Origin: Planctomycetota bacterium
Lineage (GTDB): Bacteria > Planctomycetota > Planctomycetia > Planctomycetales > Planctomycetaceae
DNA: 51,382 nucleotides
Direction: 5' to 3'
Assembly: GCA_963580005.1 (NCBI GenBank)
Contig: CAUZJR010000001.1
Location: forward strand, 1-51,382
Shown in pieces: positions 47,401 through 51,382 of the stretch; position 1 is the stretch's first letter, and each line of letters starts with the position of its first letter. Under the pieces are notes generated by a model. It was given only the letters and a program-made list of their open reading frames with translations, was not told where the DNA came from and searched no databases. The position numbers and the translations under genes were made by a program.

Positions 47401-48522
47401 CTGATCTCCGACGACGAGGAGGCTCTGGACCGGCTCGAAGCACGGTTGCAGTCGCTGATGGCTCACATGTCACCCAAGACGACCTGGACCATCTTCTACC
47501 TTCGCTCGGCCGACGCGACCGAGGCGGCCCTGATGCTCGAGAGGCTCTTTCCTCAGAGCTCGGTGTCGGCCACCGCCAGCGGTTCCGGCGGCAGTCTCTT
47601 CGGCGACCTCACCGGAGGACTCTCGTCGATGGGCAGCAGCCTGATGGACATGACCGGCATCAACTCACTCGCCAATGGTCCGATGTCGTTGCGGATCATT
47701 CCCGAGACACGATCCAACGCTCTGTTTGTTTCGGGTCCGGCCGACCAGATCGCGGATGTCGAGAGCGTCCTGAAGATCCTGGATGCCGCCGAACTCCCCG
47801 CACAGCTCCGCAGCCGTGCCCCTCGGTACATCACCGTCGAGCATGCCGACGTCAACGAGGTCGCCCAGATCGTTCGCGACGTCTACAAGGAAGAACTCAC
47901 CGCCAGTAGCCGCTCGGGCGGCAACGCGAGCCAGGCGATGGGCGGCAACCCGCTGGCGATGCTGATGGGTGGTGGTGGCGGCAGCAGCCGCGGCCGCAAC
48001 TCCCGCGGTGGCGGCAACAGCCGCCAGAGCGGTGTGAAGATGACTCTCGGCGTCGACAGCCGCACCAGCGCCCTGGTGATCTCGGCCAGTGACTCGTTGT
48101 TCAAGCAGGTCGAGGCTCTCGTCAACACGCTCGACACCGCGGCCAAGGAGGCCAAGCGGACCGTGAGGATTGTGACCCTGGAAAACACCGATTCGACGGC
48201 GATCCAGCAGGCCGTCCAGGCCCTGCTGCCCAAGACGACCGTCAGCACCGGCGGCGGGGCGAGTGGTCCGACCGGGTTCGGTCCCTCCTCGAGCCGAGCG
48301 AGCAGCCGCGGCGGCAGCGGCGGCACCGACCAGGCCGCGCGGATGCGGCAATTCATGGAAATGCGGCAGCGACAGGGGCGTGGCGGATCGACCGGCGGTC
48401 GCACCAGCCGGGGATCCAGTGGCGGATCTCCCTTCGGCGGCCGCACCGGCGGTTCGTCTCGAGGCGGGTCCTCAGGCGGCCGCTCACCGTTTGGCGGCCG
48501 TGGCTCGAGCCGAGGGCGGTAG
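44479..48522 (+). CDS. Giant GspD-N-domain (secretin N0/N1-like repeats) protein with an LTXXQ-like N-terminal module, an internal EF-hand module and G/S/R-rich tails; no recognisable secretin pore domain
   Basis: Signal peptide [25 protein letters not shown]0-like [23 protein letters not shown]. Seven secretin_N-type endings (e.g. [86 protein letters not shown]). It lies immediately upstream of gspE/gspF. The C-terminus is purely G/S/R-rich. Confidence 0.8.
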   Translation: MKSLNLNSLSRLAVAVAVLAGALVDTASTEAQRSRRGRGGDSLLDMARDEDIRAELKLTDQQADSISKIRDSFRSSFEKAREFGQRIQEAKDDAERTRIEAERQTFFDTQRKAAEAELAKVVSSEQLRGLRVHQLKRRGTGGLGAQWVVAELKLTDDQKTKLKAMLTGHDQQKRALDAARMAVFRNRELPRDERETKFKALETQREQLGKQRDQAVLGLLTATQKTSFQALAGTSAEGTPKPVADTKPATTTTKPATAPATAPAADRGARVVGADGKPATATVVASFGAQAGARSSQPVKSLKFNFVQAPWSDVLKMFADAAALTWDRETVPPGTFTYFDDKEYTPTEALNVLNGALLQKGFILLRRDRFAVVVNVDDTVPPNLVPTVAIADLPARASNELVRVVMPLEGKDAAKAATEVADLLGPQGKATALSVANSLVVTGLANNVAEIHAVLKSYIPEEKKDVTYEAFVLQNVSALSAEKMVRDLFGLQARGVQNVSAASGSGGSSGGSSRGSSRGSSRGSSRGGSDPRSRFAAMFGGSRGGSRESSRQQSSGRGASAGGSVSVTVDERTNMLLAMAPPAQMEVIRKAIETIDIPAGDTPNRFAEQDQDNEPYLEVYKVTSADTMEVTKTLDVLFPGAVINEDGRFRTIHVMSNKRGHDEIQRMIRKLDGQGGGLTTTAIIPIRQDPATLTATLQGLYSKDIENAPSVIANPGYLVVRGSAEQIAEIKQMVTQLDSAIGVSMATGGGPIRTIPLGGRDVNSLLRLLQSVTPNPIRISTPSSERGPIREERVPSADDPRVRPETGAAGGGAGGAAAGADRNSANFSVPPLRQAGNGAGNGAGTGGAPETPAVDDVQRHRRLATFVFQNLDADKDGKLTQVEWSASKRTRELFEARKILLKLPADKATFLKAFVLLSSAPEAGGGSDEAQPTTPQAPASATARPPLRPDPEPAAAGDEPLAEIVIEIRDGNLVLISDDEEALDRLEARLQSLMAHMSPKTTWTIFYLRSADATEAALMLERLFPQSSVSATASGSGGSLFGDLTGGLSSMGSSLMDMTGINSLANGPMSLRIIPETRSNALFVSGPADQIADVESVLKILDAAELPAQLRSRAPRYITVEHADVNEVAQIVRDVYKEELTASSRSGGNASQAMGGNPLAMLMGGGGGSSRGRNSRGGGNSRQSGVKMTLGVDSRTSALVISASDSLFKQVEALVNTLDTAAKEAKRTVRIVTLENTDSTAIQQAVQALLPKTTVSTGGGASGPTGFGPSSSRASSRGGSGGTDQAARMRQFMEMRQRQGRGGSTGGRTSRGSSGGSPFGGRTGGSSRGGSSGGRSPFGGRGSSRGR

Positions 48523-48527
48523 CCGCC

Positions 48528-50210
48528 ATGGACATTGAATCCATTCTGCAGCAGCGCGGGCTGGTCAGCGAGGACCAGTGGCGCGAGGCCCGGGCACAGG
48601 CCGGCGGCCGCCGGATCGACAGCGTGTTGGTCGAGATGGGGCTGTTGAGCGAGGAGCAGGTGCTGGGGGCGTTTGCCGATGAACTCGGAATGGAGTTCAT
48701 CGAACTGGGTGACTTCGAGGTCGACACCGAGTTGATCAGCCAGTTCCCCACCGCGGCCATCTTCCGACACGAGGTGCTGCCGCTGGATCGCGATAACGGC
48801 AGCGTGAGGGTCGCCACCAGCGACCCCTTCGATCTCGAAGCTCTCAGCGAACTCTCCAGCCTCTCGGGACTCGAACTCGATCCCGTCCTCGCCCGCCACG
48901 AAGACATCGTGGAGCTGATCAAGGCCAACCTGGGCGTCGGTGGTGATACGATCACCGAGCTGGTCCAGCGCCAGGCCGACGATGGAGTCGAACTGCTCGA
49001 GGACATCGACGACCTCGACGGGGACCTGGCCGAGGAGGCCCAGGCGGCGTCGGTGATCCGGCTGGTCAACGAGCTGTTGATCGAGGCGTTGGAGCTCAAC
49101 GCGACCGACGTGCACATCGAGCCCCAGGAACACGGCCTGAGGGTCCGCTATCGCATCGACGGGATGCTCAGACCCCAGCCGGTGCCTCCCGAAATCAACC
49201 AGTTCTATACCTCGATCGTCACGCGGCTGAAGATCATGTCGCGGCTGAATATTGCCGAGCGGAGACTGCCTCAGGACGGCAGAATCAAGCTGCGGATCCG
49301 TGGTCGTGAAATCGACGTGCGGGTCTCGATCATCCCGATGATCCACGGCGAAGGAGTCGTGCTCAGGCTGCTCGACAAGAGCAAGATGGTCTTCGACCTG
49401 GTCAACGTCGGCCTGCCGCCGGAGATCATCGCGGTCTTCAACGAGCTGATCCAGCTGCCTCACGGCATCATCCTGGTCACCGGACCCACCGGCTGCGGCA
49501 AGACCACCACCCTGTACAGCTGTCTCAACGAATTGAAGTCAACGACCACGAAGATCATCACGGTCGAGGATCCGGTCGAGTACCAGACCGAGGGGATCAA
49601 CCAGATCCAGGTCCACACCAAGATCGGCCTCACGTTCGCTCACGGGCTCCGCAGCATCCTGCGGCACGACCCCGACGTGATCCTGGTTGGCGAAATCCGG
49701 GACAGCGAAACCGCCAACGCCGCGATCCAGGCCTCCCTGACCGGTCACCTGGTCTTCAGCACCCTGCATACCAACGACGCCGCGAGTGCTTTCACTCGGC
49801 TGATCGACATGGGTGTCGAGCCGTTCCTGGCTTCGAGCACGGTCGAGGGCGTGATGGCTCAACGGCTGATCCGTCGCTTGTGCAAGGAATGTCGCGAAGC
49901 GTACACGCCGGTGGACTCCGAGCTGCCGGCCGATTTCCCGCGGCCGTTGCCCGAGGTGCTCTATCGGCCGGTCGGCTGCCGGGCCTGTCGAGACACCGGG
50001 TTTTCGGGCCGGACCGGGATCTTTGAATTGCTGCGGACCGACGAGGGTGTCCGCGACCTGTGTGTCGAGCGAGCCAGCTCGAGCCGGATTCGTCAACACG
50101 GATTGGAAAACGGAATGACCACGCTGCGGGATTCAGGCTGGTTGAAAGTCGCAGCGGGAGTCACGGATGTCGAGGAGATTGCACGGATCACCAAGGGAGA
50201 CCTGGTCTGA
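48528..50210 (+). CDS. gspE: Type II secretion / type IV pilus assembly ATPase (GspE/PilB family)
   Basis: N-terminal T2SSE_N-like domain. Walker [11 protein letters not shown]. Asp box VEDPVEY. Walker B ILVGEIRD. His box [10 protein letters not shown]. Tetracysteine CKEC...CRACRDTG. Confidence 0.92.
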   Translation: MDIESILQQRGLVSEDQWREARAQAGGRRIDSVLVEMGLLSEEQVLGAFADELGMEFIELGDFEVDTELISQFPTAAIFRHEVLPLDRDNGSVRVATSDPFDLEALSELSSLSGLELDPVLARHEDIVELIKANLGVGGDTITELVQRQADDGVELLEDIDDLDGDLAEEAQAASVIRLVNELLIEALELNATDVHIEPQEHGLRVRYRIDGMLRPQPVPPEINQFYTSIVTRLKIMSRLNIAERRLPQDGRIKLRIRGREIDVRVSIIPMIHGEGVVLRLLDKSKMVFDLVNVGLPPEIIAVFNELIQLPHGIILVTGPTGCGKTTTLYSCLNELKSTTTKIITVEDPVEYQTEGINQIQVHTKIGLTFAHGLRSILRHDPDVILVGEIRDSETANAAIQASLTGHLVFSTLHTNDAASAFTRLIDMGVEPFLASSTVEGVMAQRLIRRLCKECREAYTPVDSELPADFPRPLPEVLYRPVGCRACRDTGFSGRTGIFELLRTDEGVRDLCVERASSSRIRQHGLENGMTTLRDSGWLKVAAGVTDVEEIARITKGDLV

Positions 50211-50310
50211 ACCAGGCTGCTCCAGGCAACCCCAAGCCCCATCCTGAAACACGTTTCCCTGTCTCTGAACCATCCTCTCGGCAGCAATGCCGGCGGAGCC
50301 GAGTGATCCG

Positions 50311-51382
50311 ATGGCCGAATTCCAGTACACAGCCAGAGAGCTGACCGGTCGCGAAGTGACCGGTGTGCTGAACGCTGGCAGCCAGGGCGAGGCGGCCAGT
50401 TCGCTTGCCGGCCAGAGCCTCTTTCCGCTCTCGATCGTGCTGGCTGACGAGGAAGTTCGGCAGCAGAAGTACGCCGGGCGGAAGGTCAAGTCGCGGCTGC
50501 TGGCCACCTTTTTCAGCCAGCTGGCCGACCTGCTCCGCTCGGGTGTCCCGCTGTTGAGATCACTCGATCTGCTCGACCGACAGATCAAGGTCGGCTCTCT
50601 GAAACTGGTGCTCGGCGAGGTGCGGAACCGGGTGGCCGACGGGACCCCGCTGGCCACCGCGCTGGGGCAGCACCCCAGGGTCTTCAACGACCTGGTCGTC
50701 AGCATGGTCCGCGCCGGCGAGGAGGGCGGGTTTCTCGAGGACGTGCTCAAGCGGATCGCCACCTTCACCGACCACCAGGAAGATCTCAAGGGACGCGTGC
50801 TCGGAGCGATCGCCTACCCCGCCTTCCTGGTCGTCACCGGCTTCACGGTGGTCACGGTGATGATCGTCTGGTTCGTGCCCAAGTTCGAACCGATCTTCGA
50901 CCGGCTCAAGACCCAGGGCGAATTGCCCTGGGCCACAACCACGTTGCTGGGGATCAGCGGATTCCTGCAGCAGCCCCTGGTCGAGGGCAGCGGGGCACAG
51001 GCCTGGATGCTGATCCTGCTGGCCGTGGTGGGAATCGGGTTTGGCGGCATGATGTGGTCTCGCACCGAGGCGGGACAGTGGTTGACCGACCGGTTGCGTC
51101 TGAAACTGAATGTGATCCGCAGCTTGGCCACGGCGCGGTTCTGCCGCATCCTGGGCACGCTGCTGCACAACGGAGTCCCGATTCTCAATTCGCTGAGGAT
51201 CGCCAAGGACGCCTCGGGCAACATGGTGCTGGCCGGAGCCATCAACACCGCGGCAGACAGTGTCCAGGACGGCAAGTCGCTGGCCGGACCCCTGGGTGCC
51301 AGTGGAGAATTCGCGGATGAAATTGTCGAGATGATTGCCGTGGGCGAGGAATCCAACAACCTCGAACAGGTCCTGATCAACA
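50311..51382 (+). CDS. gspF: Type II secretion / type IV pilus platform protein (GspF/PilC family), 3'-truncated by the window end
   Basis: My own translation from the ATG at 50311 reads MAEFQYTARELTGREVTGVLNAGSQGEAASSLAGQSLFPL... It continues FFSQLADLLRSGVPLLRSLD...MVRAGEEGGFLEDVL... then TM segments, and a second repeat FCRILGTLLHNGVPILNSLRIA...MIAVGEESNNLEQVL. The frame is open to position 51382. An in-frame ATG also exists at 50287. Confidence 0.88.
   Translation, partial: MAEFQYTARELTGREVTGVLNAGSQGEAASSLAGQSLFPLSIVLADEEVRQQKYAGRKVKSRLLATFFSQLADLLRSGVPLLRSLDLLDRQIKVGSLKLVLGEVRNRVADGTPLATALGQHPRVFNDLVVSMVRAGEEGGFLEDVLKRIATFTDHQEDLKGRVLGAIAYPAFLVVTGFTVVTVMIVWFVPKFEPIFDRLKTQGELPWATTTLLGISGFLQQPLVEGSGAQAWMLILLAVVGIGFGGMMWSRTEAGQWLTDRLRLKLNVIRSLATARFCRILGTLLHNGVPILNSLRIAKDASGNMVLAGAINTAADSVQDGKSLAGPLGASGEFADEIVEMIAVGEESNNLEQVLIN

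Noticed and set aside
44506-47466. 986-aa minus-strand ORF antisense to the GspD-like gene. Similar long antisense ORFs include 1165..2724, 6283..7695, 7478..8743, 15469..16992, 17982..19028, 20899..22116, 22343..23581, 23812..25017, 28726..30162, 35010..36122, 38566..39819 and 47883..49463.
   Set aside because: The opposite strand carries clear family motifs in every case. The antisense translations are Arg/Gly/Pro/His-rich with no recognisable motifs. Long open antisense frames are expected at this GC content (shadow ORFs).

Overview
High-GC (about 63-65%) bacterial chromosome segment. Gene content points to Planctomycetota: a PSCyt/DUF1549/DUF1553 plus DUF1501 pair, two formylglycine-type sulfatases, a DUF1080 protein and membrane-anchored pentapeptide-repeat proteins. 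I support about 38 protein genes and one tRNA-Leu(GAG). I saw no rRNA, CRISPR array, transposase or integrase.

Main blocks:
- (a) 1.4-4.8 kb: three envelope lipoprotein/secreted genes. Two are tandem paralogues sharing an unnamed domain.
- (b) 4.8-12.7 kb: housekeeping and accessory genes (beta-lactamase-fold hydrolase, tRNA-Leu, sulfatases, map, metallophosphatase, redoxin-GGDEF pair).
- (c) 12.7-21.3 kb: three operons rich in PLP and aminotransferase enzymes.
- (d) 22.3-31.7 kb: a six-gene same-strand array. It links a PSCyt/DUF1553 + DUF1501 pair to DUF1080, a DMFase-like protein, an MFS transporter and an enolase-superfamily enzyme.
- (e) 33-35 kb: a GalU-like/GHMP-kinase sugar-activation pair.
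- (f) 35-51.4 kb: an envelope/secretion neighbourhood. It holds an inverse-autotransporter-like protein, an LTXXQ-like secreted protein, an EF-hand protein, a 1347-aa GspD-N-domain protein with no visible secretin pore domain, a GspE ATPase and a partial GspF.

The most interesting signal is the atypical secretion locus. The giant GspD-like protein is a mosaic of modules that also occur as stand-alone neighbouring genes.

The second notable pattern is an unusual density of perfect short tandem repeats. Units of 9, 11, 11 and 12 nt lie in intergenic regions, and 9- and 12-nt units lie in frame inside genes.

All family assignments come from motifs read by eye in the translations. No database search was run.
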